Source: Chloroflexota bacterium (lineage in GTDB: Bacteria > Chloroflexota > Anaerolineae > J102). Taken from it: 64,000 nt of DNA. Each line of letters starts with the position of its first letter. The first letter of the stretch is position 1. The DNA is taken from positions 13,234 to 77,233 of the forward strand of contig JAYRVO010000048.1 of assembly GCA_041918515.1 (NCBI GenBank), written 5' to 3'. Below are positions 1 through 12,000 of this stretch, piece by piece. A program made the translations under genes and the position numbers. Under the pieces are notes generated by a model, which ran no database searches, was not told the DNA's origin, and worked only from the letters and a program-made list of their open reading frames with translations.

Positions 1-3000
1 CACGATCTTGAAGCTTTCACCCGCGTTCAGTGCTCCATCCTCCGGGTCGTTGCCGGTGAGGGTGGGAACCTGGACGGTGGTCGCGCCGCCGGGGTTATCT
101 TGAGTGGGCGCCGGCGCGGGGTTTGTATCCGGTAGCCGCTCGATGCCGAAATTGGCATTGTTCACACTGACCAGCGCCACGGTCACTGCCAGCAGCCCAT
201 CGGGCGCACCGTCGCTGCCCGCTCCCGCGCCCAGGTTCTCGCCCGTGTTGATCCAGCCTAGCGGCAGGCTCGTCGCCGGCGGCGGGTTGCCTACGACGCC
301 CGGCGTCGTGCTCAGTTGCACGGTGTAGGCGCCGCTTAAAAGATTGCTGAAGCTGTAGGTTCCGTCGCCGTTCACGGGGATCGTCGCCACCACGTTGCCG
401 CCCAGGAGCAGGTTCGCGTGCAGCGTGCCGCCCACGTTCGTCCCGGTCCCGTCCACCGTCAGGTCGGTCAACCCGTCGGCATCGCGATACACCGTGCCGC
501 TCAACGCCAGGATCCTCTCGACAAAGTCGTTCCCACTGTCGGTTTCCCCGGCCGCCAGGTTCACCGGCAGGCGGTTGTCTGTCTGGCTGGCATTGGCTGC
601 ATCCGCCGGATTCAGCGGGCTGTCTGCGGTGGAGTCCCCATCCGCCGCGCTCTGGTAGCCGAGCGGATCGGTCTCGACCACGACGTAGCTGCCGGGCTGC
701 ACGCCGGTGAAGGCGTACGCGCCGTTGATGTCGGTCGTCTGCGAGCTGCCCACCTGCGTACCGTCAGCTGGATCGCCGTCGCCGTTCGGGTCGGTGAACA
801 ATCTCACCGTCACGCCCTGCAGCGTCGTTTCGCCGGTGCTGTCATTGTTGGTGTCTTGCGCCACCGTGCCCGAGATCGCGCCCAGTTGTTCGTCCACGAA
901 GTCGTTGCCGCTGTCCGTCTCGCCGGCGGCCAGGGTGACGGGCAGGCGGTTGTCCGTCTGGCTGGCATTGGCTACATCCGCCGGGGTCAGCGGGCTGTCC
1001 GCCGTCGCATCGCCGTCTGCCACACTCTGGTAGCCGGTCAGGTTGGTCTGCACCACCACGTAGCTGCCGGGCACGACGCCGACGAAGGTGTAGGCGCCGT
1101 TCCCGTCGGTCGTCATCGGGCTGCCGTAGACCACGCCGTCGGCCGGGTCGCCATCGCCGTTGGGATCGGTGTAGAGGGTCACGGTGATGCCGGAGAGCCC
1201 CGTGTCACCGGTGTTGTTGTTGTCGGTATCGGCCTTCACCGTGCCTGTGATCGAGCCGGTGCCTTTGTAGCCGAAGTCTACGTCTGTTCGCGGAGTGTTC
1301 ACCGCCAGGCTCACCGCGGCCACGAAGTTTGCCGTCCCGGTCCCATCCAGGTCATAGCTGGGCGCCACGCCGGCCGGCAGGGTGGATGTCTCCACCATCA
1401 CCTTGTACGTTCCTCCTGGCAGGCCGACGATGCCGTACAGCCCGGCGGTGTCGGTGGTCGCAAACGGCTCGGCGGTATCTCGCACCCCGTTGTTGTTCGA
1501 GTCAATGAACACGGTCACGTTTGCCAGCGGCGGCTCTCCAGCCTCCTGGACACCGTCTCCGTCCACGTCAATCCAAACATAATCCCCAAGCGGGGTGCTG
1601 GTCCCGACATAGCCGAAGTCAACGTTGGTGTTGGCGGTGGCCGCGGGCAGAATGACGGTGGCCGCGTGGGGTGTGCCCGTGCCGTTGGCGTCGAAGGTCG
1701 GGTTGACCACAGCCGGGAGGGTGGCGGGATCCACCCGCACCGTGTACGTGCCTGCCGCCAGCCCACTGAAGGTGTAGGCGCCTGCGGCGGAAGTTGTCTG
1801 TTTCGGTTCAGTCGTATCCCACACGCCGTTGCCGTTGAGATCCAGGAAGACATCCACACCGGCCAGGGGCGGCTCTCCGGGATCCTGGACGCCATCCGCA
1901 TCGCGATCCAGCCAGATGTAGTCGCCGATGGAGCTATTGCCTTGATACCCGAAGTCAACGTCGGTGCGAATCTCGTTGGCGTTAAGCGTGACGCCGGTCA
2001 CTACATTCGGCGTTCCGATGCCATTCAGATCGTAGGTCGGCGTCAGTCCGGCAGGAAGCGTATTGGTGTCAACCCGCACCGTGTAGCCTGGCGTGTTGTT
2101 CTGACTCAGATTGTTGATGAAGTACAGCCCCGCAGCATTCGTCAACGCGTTCGGCTCGCCCGCGTCGTAGGTGGTGTTGCCGTTCGAGTCGACGAACACG
2201 CGCACGCCCACAAGTGGGGGTTCGCTGGTGTCCTGTACTCCGTCTCCATCCATGTCGTTCCAGACATAGTCCCCGATCGCCCCGTTGCTCTGGAAGCCGA
2301 AGTCTACGTCCGTCCGGGCCTGCCCTGCCGTCAGTGTGACGCCGGGGGCGATGCCATTGGCAGGCGCAAAAAGATCGTAGGTGGGCGTGGCTCCGGCCGG
2401 CAGGGTGGAAGTGTCCACGGTGACCGTGTACGTGCCGGGCGTCAAGTTGCTGATGGTGTAGTTGCCGCTGGCGTCCGTGGTGGCGAAAGGCTCGTTGGCA
2501 TCGCGAACACTGTTGCTGTTCAGGTCAACGAATACGACCGCCCCCACGTAACCTGACTCACCACCGCCTTGACTGCCGTTGCTGTCCGCGTCGTTCCATA
2601 CCAGGTCGCCGATCGAGGCGTTCCCCCGGTAGCCGAAATCCGCGTCGGTGACCGCTTCGCCGGGTCCCACCGAGACGCTCGCCACATGCGGCGTACCCAC
2701 GCCATCATGGTCAAACGTCTGGGTGACGCCGGCCGGAAGCGTGGTGGTGTCAACTCGCACCGCATACGTGCCAGGCCCCAGGCCGGTGATGCTGTAGGCG
2801 CCCGTACTGCTGGTCGTGCTGAACGGTTCACCCACATCGTAGGAACCGTCGCTATCCGTATCCAGGAATACCCGCACACCCGCCAGCGGCGGCTCGCCGG
2901 TTTCCTGGCTGCCGTCGCCATCCCGGTCATTCCACACGTAGTCGCCGATCGAACCGCTGCCGCGGTCCACGAAGTCGTTGCCGCTGTCGGTCTCGCCCGC

Positions 3001-6000
3001 CTTCAGGTTCACCGGCAGCAGGCTGTCGGTTTGGCTGCCATTGGCGAAGTCCGCCGGCGAGCCAGCAAGATCCGCGGTGCTGTCGGCATCGGCCACGCTC
3101 GCATACCCAGCCGGATCCACTTCCACCACCACGTAGCCGCCCGGCAGCACGTTGCTGAACGTGTAGTTGCCATTGATGTCGGTTGTCTGGGTGGCTACCG
3201 GCGTGCCGCTGTCCGCTACGCCGTTGTTATCGGCGTCGGCAAACAGTCGCACCGTCACCGTGGCCAGCGGTGCGTCGCCAACGGTGTCGTTGGTGGTGTC
3301 CTTCGTCACCGTACCGGTGATCGCGCCGTACTGCTCTTCCACGAAGGTGTTGCCGGTGTTGGCTGCGCCGGCCGCCACCGCGATCAGCGTCACATCGCCG
3401 ATCACGTCCAGGTTGCCGCCATCCTTGTCGCTCACCGAGGCGTAGCCCGCGGGCTGGGTCTCGCTCACCCGGTAGTTGCCGGGAGGCAGGTTGGCAAAGC
3501 TGTAATTACCGCTGCCGTCAGTCACCGCTGTCAAGGGTTGGATGCCCCCGGTCAATGGATCGCTGTCGTACACCGTACCATCGCTGTTGAGCAGCGTCAG
3601 GGTCACACTAGCGAACGGCGCGTCGCCAGTGTTGTTGTTATCCGTGTCTTTGAGCACCTGGCCCGTGATCGAGCCGAACTGCTCGTCCACGAAGTCGTTG
3701 CCGCTGTCGGTCTCGCCCGTCGCCAGATTCACCGCCAGGCGGTTGTCGTTGGTGTTGGTGTTAGCCGCGTCGGCGGGGGTTAGCGGGCTATCCACCGTCG
3801 AATCGCCGTCGCTGACGCTCTGGTAGCCGGACAGGTCGGTCTCGACCACCACATACGTTCCCGGGACCACGCCAGTGAACGAGTAGACCCCGCTGCCGTT
3901 CGTCACTACCGGCGCGCCGTAGGCCACGCCGTCGGCTGGATTGCCGTCGCCGTTCGGGTCGGTGTAAAGGGTCACCGTGACACCGGAGAAGGGGGTGTCG
4001 CCGGTGTTGTTGTTGTCCGTGTCCTTCATCACCGTGCCGGAAATCACGCCGGTCTGTTCTTCGACAAAGTTGTTCCCCGTGTTCGCGGTCGCCGGCAGCA
4101 CCACCACCAGCGTTACGTCGCCGATGATGTCGAGATTGCCGCCATCTTTATCGCTCACCGAGGCGTAGCCCACAGGCTGGGTCTCGCTCACCCGGTAGCT
4201 GCCCGGCGGCACGTTGGCCAGCGTGTAGTTGCCGCTGGCGTCGGTCACCGCGGTGAGCGGTTGGACGCCACCCGTGTTCGGATCGCTGTCGTACACCGAG
4301 CCGTCGCTGTTGAGCAGCGTCAGCGTCACGCCCGGCAGCGGCGCATCGCCGGTGTTGTTGTTGTCGGTGTCCTTGAGCACCTGACCCGTGATCGAACCGG
4401 GCGGAGACAAGACCGGCGTCATGTAGTCTTCGACCTCGCCGGTGGTGGCCAGGCCGGTGGGGAGATCCCCGCCCTGTCCGGCCGCGTCGGTGACGCGGAA
4501 GCGGAAGCCCGTGTTGCCCAACACCGCGGCCGGCGGCACGTTGACCGTGAGCGTGTTGCTGCCGGCCACCAGGGCCTGGTTCGTGGCGATGCGCTCGTTG
4601 CTATCGAAGATGCCGTTGTGGTTCCAATCGGCCCAGGCATTCAAGACGCCCGCGCCGGAGGCCGTCACCGTCAAGGTTGCGGTCTGACCCTGGTACAGGC
4701 TACTGAACACGACGCCGTTTTCGTCGTTCGATCCCGCGACGTTATCGCCCGTGGCGCCGGCGTTCGGTTGCCCGTCCGTCTCGGCGTCGGTGGCGGTCGC
4801 GCCCAGGCGCACGCCGTAGATTAAGTGGCGGGCGCCGTCGCTGGCGAGCAGCGTCTTGTAGGTGTCGGGCAGGTCGCCATAATCCAGGTTGACGTTCAGC
4901 GGCGTCGTGACCTGGTTGCTCGGCACGCCGTTGGGATAGACGGTGCTATCTTTGAGCACGCCGCGGTTGACCAGCGAGGTCGTCGTGGCCGGGTTGTTGG
5001 CCGTGACCTGGAAGGTGAGGACGGGCGGCTCGAGCACGCTGTTGGAAGTCCCCGCGGCGAAGGCCGCCGGGTTGCCGCGACCATCCGTGCCGCTCGCACT
5101 GGCCTGGAAGCGCACGCTCGCCGGCAGCGTCGTGCCATCATCTGCCAGACAGGTGTAGGTGAAGGTCACGCTGCCACCGCCGGCGCCGATGCTCTTGGGG
5201 CCGATGTCGGTGCCGGTCATGCTGGTGCAGCTTGCGCCGCCCGCCGCGTTGACCACGGTCGGTGTCGTGGGGCTGATGTTGCTGACTGCTTCGGCGGCAG
5301 AGACCGTGATGTTGATGGTGACGGTGTCGCCGTTCTTTACCAACGTGGGGCTGGCCGTGATGCTCGTGGTGGTCGCGATCTGGCAAGCCGTTCGGGTGGC
5401 GTTGTTGTAGAACACGTCGTTGCCGAGCTGCTCGAAGATCACATGCACCTTGGCGTTGGACACGGCGATGGCAGGATACCGGTCGTTGTTGTCGCCAGTG
5501 AGCGTGTCAATCTCGGTTGGCGTGGTGAAGCTGGTTCCGCCGTTCGTGCTGGTGCGGTAGTAGACGCTGCGGTTGTTCTGGCCGATGGCCACGTGGGTGT
5601 TGCCGCAGTTGTCCACGGCCACTTGGGCAAAGATATCGTCAGCGGCCCCCGTGGACGTGATGTCGAGCGCCGTGCTCCAGGTCGTCCCGCCATCCGTGCT
5701 CTTGGTGTAGTAGCTGGAGGCGTTGTTGTTGTTGAAGACCACGTGCAAGGCGCCGGTGCTCTTGTCCACGGCGATGTCGGGGAAGCGATCGGCGCTGTCC
5801 GCAGCGCGGTTCGTGTCGATCTGGATGCCGGCGGAGAAGGTCGTCCCGCCCGCCGTGGTGCTTTTCTTGTAGATGATATTGCGGTTGTTCTGGTCAATGA
5901 CCACATGCACAAAGCCGCTGCTGTCCACGGCGATGGAGGCGTCCTTGTCGCTGCCGGCGGCCGTCGTGATATTCACCGCCGTGATCCACGTCGTGCCGCC

Positions 6001-9000
6001 GTCCGTGCTCTTGGTGTAGTAGGTGCCAGCGTTGTTGTTGTTGAAGACGACGTGGATGTTGTTTGCGCTCTCGGCGTAGATATCCGGGTAGCGGTCCGTG
6101 CTGTCCGCCGCCCGGTTGGTGTCAATCTGGACGGCGGCGCTGAAGCTGGCGCCGCCATTGGTGCTCTTGCGGTAGTACACGTTGCGGATGTTTTGATCAA
6201 TCACCACATGGATGTTGCCGCTACTGTCCACCGCGATGGAGGCATTCTTGTCATCGCCTAACCCGACCGAGATGTTGAGCGGCGTGCTCCACGTGGCGCC
6301 GCCGTCGGTGCTCTTGGTGAAGAAAGTGCTTACGCCGTTTTGGTTGAAGACGACGTAAATGTTGCCGCTGCTGTCGGTGGCGATGCCGTCGGGGGGCACC
6401 ACGTCCGTGCCGATCAGCCGGTCGTTGGCGTCGCCGGGGCGCAGGGTGTCGATTTGGGCGGGCGTGCCCCAGGCGTTGGTGCCGCCGGGCGACGATGCTT
6501 GGCTGCCGTCGGTCTTGGCGACGTTGCTGCCGAGCGCCCAGGTGAGAACCCCCGTGCCGCCGCCGGCCGGTTCGCTGACGGTCGCTTCTGGCGTGTCGCT
6601 GTCGCCAACGTAGGTCGAGCCGGCCGGGATCACGTCGCTGATGACGAGGCTTGTGAAGAGACCGCTGCCCGTGTAGGTCGGGTTCAGCGAGTAGGTGACG
6701 GTCGCGCCGGGGTTCACCGCGCCCGCGGGCGAAACGGTCTTGAGCAGCGGATCGGGCAGGATGTAGCCGAAGTTCTGATTGGCGACCGTGCCACCCGCAG
6801 CCGGCACGCTGACCAACGCCTGGTTGTTGCCGGATGGGAAGGCGCTGTCCGGGTCTACGTCATTGGTGACGCCCGAAGGCAGGGTCGCCTGGACGACCTT
6901 GACCATGTAGGTCACACCGGCGGGCAGGTTGGTGAACTGGTAGAAGCCGTTGGCGTCGGTGGTCACCACGTACGGCACGCCGCCGGAAAGCACGGGCGTG
7001 ACGCCGTCGGACTGGAAGAGGCCGACTTGAATGCCGGTGATGCCCGGCTCGGTCCCTGGAACATAGATGCCGTTGCCGGTTCCGTCGTCCCACAGCGTGC
7101 CGCTGATGGCGCCGCCGGGTTTGTAGCCCCAATCCGCGGTGGTGAGATTCTGTCCGCCAGCCAGCGCCACGGTGGTTTGGCTGTTCTTGGTCGCATCGGG
7201 GTCGGTGGTGTTGAGCAGGCCCGCGGGCAGGGTGGCGGTGTCCACCTTCACGTCGTAGGAGCCGGCGGGCAGGTTGCCGATGACGTACAGGCCGGCGGCG
7301 TCGGTGGTCGCCGAGAGTTCGCCCACGTCCCGCACGCCGTTGTGGTTGGCGTCGATGTAGACGACCACGTTGGCCAGGCCCTCGCCCGCGTCCCGCACGC
7401 CGTTCTGCGTGATCGTATCCTTGAAGGTCTCGTTGCCGATGCTGCCCGTGCCCTGGTAGCCGAAGTCGGTCGTGGTGTTGTTCTGGCCCGACGTCAGCGT
7501 GACCGAGGTCTGGTTGTTGGCCGTGCCATCGGGATCCACCGTGTTGGTGAAGCCAGCCGGCAGGGTCGTCGTGTCCACGCGCACGTTGAACGTGCCCACC
7601 GGCATGTTCGGGATGGTGTAGACGCCGCTGGCGTTGGTGGTCGCAAACGGCTCGTTGAAGTCGCGCACGCCGTTGTTGTTGTAATCTACGTAGACCTGCA
7701 CCCCGGCGATGCCTTCGCCCGCATCGGGCGCGCCGCTCTGATTCTTGTCCCAGTAAATGGTGTCGCCGATGCTGCCGAGATTGGGCGTGGTGGCATCCAG
7801 GAAGTCGTTGCCGGTGCTGGCGGTCGCGCCAACACGGACGACGGGGATGCGATTGTCGTTCGGCCCGCCGGTGTCGTTGGTCGAAGTGTAACCGCCGGGA
7901 TTGGTCTCGACGACCACGAAGTTGCCGGGCGGCACAGCGTTGAAGGTGTAGGCGCCGTTGGCGATGGTCAGGGTGGTGTCGTAGAGGACGCCGTCGGCCG
8001 GGTTGCCGTCGCCGTTGGGGTCGGTCCACAACTGCACGGTCACACCGACGATGCCCGCTTCGCCGCCGCGCTCGCCCAGGTCGCCGTCACCGTCCACATC
8101 GTTGATGACGCGGCCGCTGATCGGCGCGATCTGCGGGTTCGTGCTGTCGAGGAAGTCCTGGTTGATGAGACTGGTCGAAGCCAGCGTGACCGGGATCTTG
8201 TCGTCGTTGGGCGCGGTCGTGTCATTGGTCGAGGTGTAGCCGCCGAGGTTGCTCTCGACGATGACGTAGCTGCCGGGCAGCAGGTTGTTAAAGGTGTAGC
8301 TGCCGCCGTACACGCCGGTCCCGGTGGTGACCTGAGTCTGGAGCGCGGCGCCGTCGGGAACGCCGTCCTGGTTGGCATCGGCGAAGAGTTGCACCGTCAC
8401 GCCCGCCAGGCCGTTCTCGGCCGTGCGCTCGGCCAGGCTGCCGTTGCCGTTGGCGTCGTTGATGACATGGCCCGAGAGGCTCATAAGGACGTTATACGTG
8501 ACCGGCGGAGAAGAAAGCGCCTTCAGGCCCTCGGTGCCCTCGGCAGCGATGGCCTCGATCGTATAGGCGCCGGCGTTCGCCAACTGGCCGCTCGTCCAAT
8601 TGTACTCGTAGGTTTTCGTACCGGCGGTCGAGGCTACCTGGGTGGCGGTCACGAGGCTCTCGGCGCCGGAAGGCGTCCTGATCACGAATTGCAAGCCGGT
8701 GATGTCGCTCGCCCCGAACGGGTCGCTGACGACCGCACGGATATAGCGGGCGACGTTCGGATCGCCCTGGGTCACCAGCACGCCGCCGGGATAGGCCGCG
8801 CTGTAGACGCCGACGCTGTCCACGTTGATGTAGTTGGCGGCGGGCAGGCTGATCAGCGACGGCCTGGAGAGGCTGTCGTATTGGATCTCGAACGGGGTGT
8901 TGCCGCCGACGTTGTTGGTGATGTCCAGGGTGATGCTCTGGCCGGAGGGGACGGTGACCGGGCTGGCCAGCGTCGTGCTCCAGCACAGCTTGTACTCGCG

Positions 9001-12000
9001 GCGCTTCAGCCCGTAGGTGATCTTGACGTTGTCGAAGTAGCCGTCGTTGTCCTGGCCCACGCCGATGATGCGAATCCGGGTATTGGCGGCGATGTAGGCG
9101 GTGATGTCGGCGGTGAAGGTGCCGCTGGCCTGCGGGCCGGTCAACAGGATGAGCCGGCCCCAGGTCGTGCCGCCGTTGTTGGAGGCTTCGATGGCGAACC
9201 CTTTCGCCGGATCGGTGATGTCCGTGACGCGCTGCCAATCCACGCTCAGGGTGGCATAGTCGTAGCCGGCGAGATTGATTTCCCGGTACGCGCCCTCGGT
9301 GCCCTTGCTCACGCGGAAGATCAGGCTCGTGCCATCCGACAGGACGCGTTCATCGCCCGCCAGCGAGCCATCGGCCTCATTGATTTCCGTCCAGGCGTTG
9401 GCGCCCCAGCCCGTGCCGCCACTGTAGCCGTTGCTCTCGAAGTCGTCGAAAGCGGTTTGGACGTTGGGCGGCGGGAAGGCGGTGACGGTCGTCGGGTTGC
9501 CCAGGCTGGCGATGGTGGTGGCGCCGTACTTCAGCGTGGCCGGGATGGCGGGATTGCTGGTCGGGATGTTGCCCTGAGCCGAGGTGACATAGGTGCAGAG
9601 ATTGACCGTCCCGGCCGCCACGGTGAAGCTGGAGGTCAACGGCGAGCACATGCCGAAGCTCGTCGTGGTGGGGCCGGCGCCCGCAGGCACCGTCCAGGCC
9701 ACGGTCACGCTGTCGAACTCGATCACCCGGTTGGCAATGGCCTGCCCGACCTTGAAGCGGAGCACCATGTTGCCGGTGAGCGCCACGTTGTACGGGGCGT
9801 TTTGCAGGTTGGCGTAGGTCTTCGTGCCGGTGAAGTTGCTGTTGAGCGTCTCGAGGGTCGTCCAGGTGCTGCCGCCGTTGCTGGAGACCTGCATCTGCAC
9901 GGTGTCGGCGGCATCGAGCGCGTTGGCGCTGATCACCAGGGTGAGCGAGGCAACGCTGGCGCCGTTCATGTTGAAGGAGCGCTGCACATACTGGGTGGCA
10001 TCGGCGCGGACGTCGAATTTGAGCGTGCCGGGATTGGCGGTATCCACCTTGATGTTGCCGCCACCGGGATTCTGCACGCCGGGCGCGTTGGTATCGTTCT
10101 CGACCCAATCCGTCGTCCACGCCTGCGGCGGGGTGCTGTCGCTGTTCTGGTTGCTGTAGGACTGCACCGTGAAGGTGTCTTTGACGTTGTAGTTGCGGGC
10201 CACGTCGTTGCGCCCGATTTCCGTGCTGAGCGAGGTGGTGGCATCGCCCGTGAAGATGGGATCCACACGATCCAGCCCCTGGGTGCAGACGCCGCCGTTG
10301 TCGGTGAGGTAAAGTGGTTTGACCGGGGCCCAGCGCACGCCGAAGTCGGCGGTCAGGTAGTTGGGGCTGCCCCCGGTCAGTTGGAAGTTCGTAAAGGAGC
10401 CGGGCGTGGTCAGGGCAAAGCCCGGCGGAATGCTGGTCGTGTCCAGCACGGCGTTGTATTTGCCCAGCGGCAGGTTCGTCACCAGATAGCTGCCATCCGC
10501 GGCGGTGGTGGCGGTGAAGACGCTGTCATCCGCCGTGCCCAGGATGCCGTCCGCGCCGTAGTAGGTGAGGTTGATCCGCGCGGCACCCACGCCCAGCTCG
10601 CCCAGTTGCCGCGTCTGCGAGGCGTCGAAGTCCTCCCAGACCAAGTCGCCGATGCTGCCGATGCCGCGATAGCCGAAGTCCGCGCCCGTATCAAGCTGAT
10701 CGGCAGTGAGAGTGCGCGAGGTGGTGTTGTTGAGCGTGCCGTCGGGATCGAAGGTCTGCACCATGCCGGCCGGCAGGGTGGCAGGGTCCACCGTGACGGT
10801 AAAAGTCCCCGGAACGAGGTCAGGGAAGAGGTAGTGGCCGTCCTTGTCGGTGTAAGTGACCACCGTGCCGGTGGGGCCGGTCAGCGTCACTTTGACGTTG
10901 GCCAGACCGGGCTCGTTCGCGTCCTGGACGCCATCATTGTCGAGGTCCATCCAAATAAAGTCGCCGAGGGCGTTGATGTTGCCCGGCGCCAGCATCATGC
11001 CGATGTCCAGGTTCAACTGCGAGTGAGAGTCGTTGGCGTCTTCACCATAGACCAGGGCCAACTTCGTGCCATCCAGAGTGTAGACATGCACCCCGGTCTG
11101 GTCGAGGTCCGGGTCAATCACCTGGTTGAAGCTCAAAGCTGCCGCGGCCACGCTGACATCGTATTTGTTGCCGTTGGGGTCGGTGAGCGGGCCGGTGGTG
11201 GGGTCGCCGTCGTAGTCCACGTAGACGGTGGTGGCCGCCAAAGGTGAAAACCAGGCGCGGTCACCGTTGATGCTGCCGGGACCGCCCACGGTTCCCGGCG
11301 CCCAGGGCAGCCGGCCGTCGGTGGTCAGACGGGTGACGTCCCACAGCGAGAAGCCCCACTCGTAGGCGGAGCTGCTCGAGTTCGCGGCCGAGACGTCGGA
11401 CGCCGTAATGGCGTAGAACTTCGGAGCGGGGGAGCCAGTCGTCCAATAGCGCGAGGCGTTGCGCACCGTGCCGGTGTCGGGCGGGGTGAACATGGCCGTA
11501 GAATTGGCCGGGACGTTGATCGTGCCGGTCGTGCCGTTGCTCAACTGATAGTTCACCGTGATCGCCGAGGCGTTTTGGTTGCGCAGGAAGACCGAGCTGG
11601 CATGGGTACCGCCGAGGTTGGCGGTGTTGGTCCCCGAAGAAACCGGGGTGATGTAATCATTGCCCCACTGGGTGGTGGGAAAGAGGTTGAAAACGCGGCA
11701 GCCCCAGGTCGCGCCGACCTGACCCGTGACCTCGAACACCTGGACGGGGTTGCTGGCGGTGATGCGGGCACCCTGGTTGACCGTGACCGTGCCCGCTTTG
11801 TTCAGGTAATAGGTCTCACCGTCCGCCAGGGCGATGGGACCTATTTCAAAGGTTCCGTTGGCATCAGCGTCGATGTTGATGGTGGAGCCGCCGGGGCCGG
11901 CCTGGATGAATGCTCCGGTATGGGAGAAAACCGCAAAGTTGGGGCCGGCAGTGTTCACCCCGACGGGCAGGATGAAGTCCGTGCCCCACTGCGACTGCGG

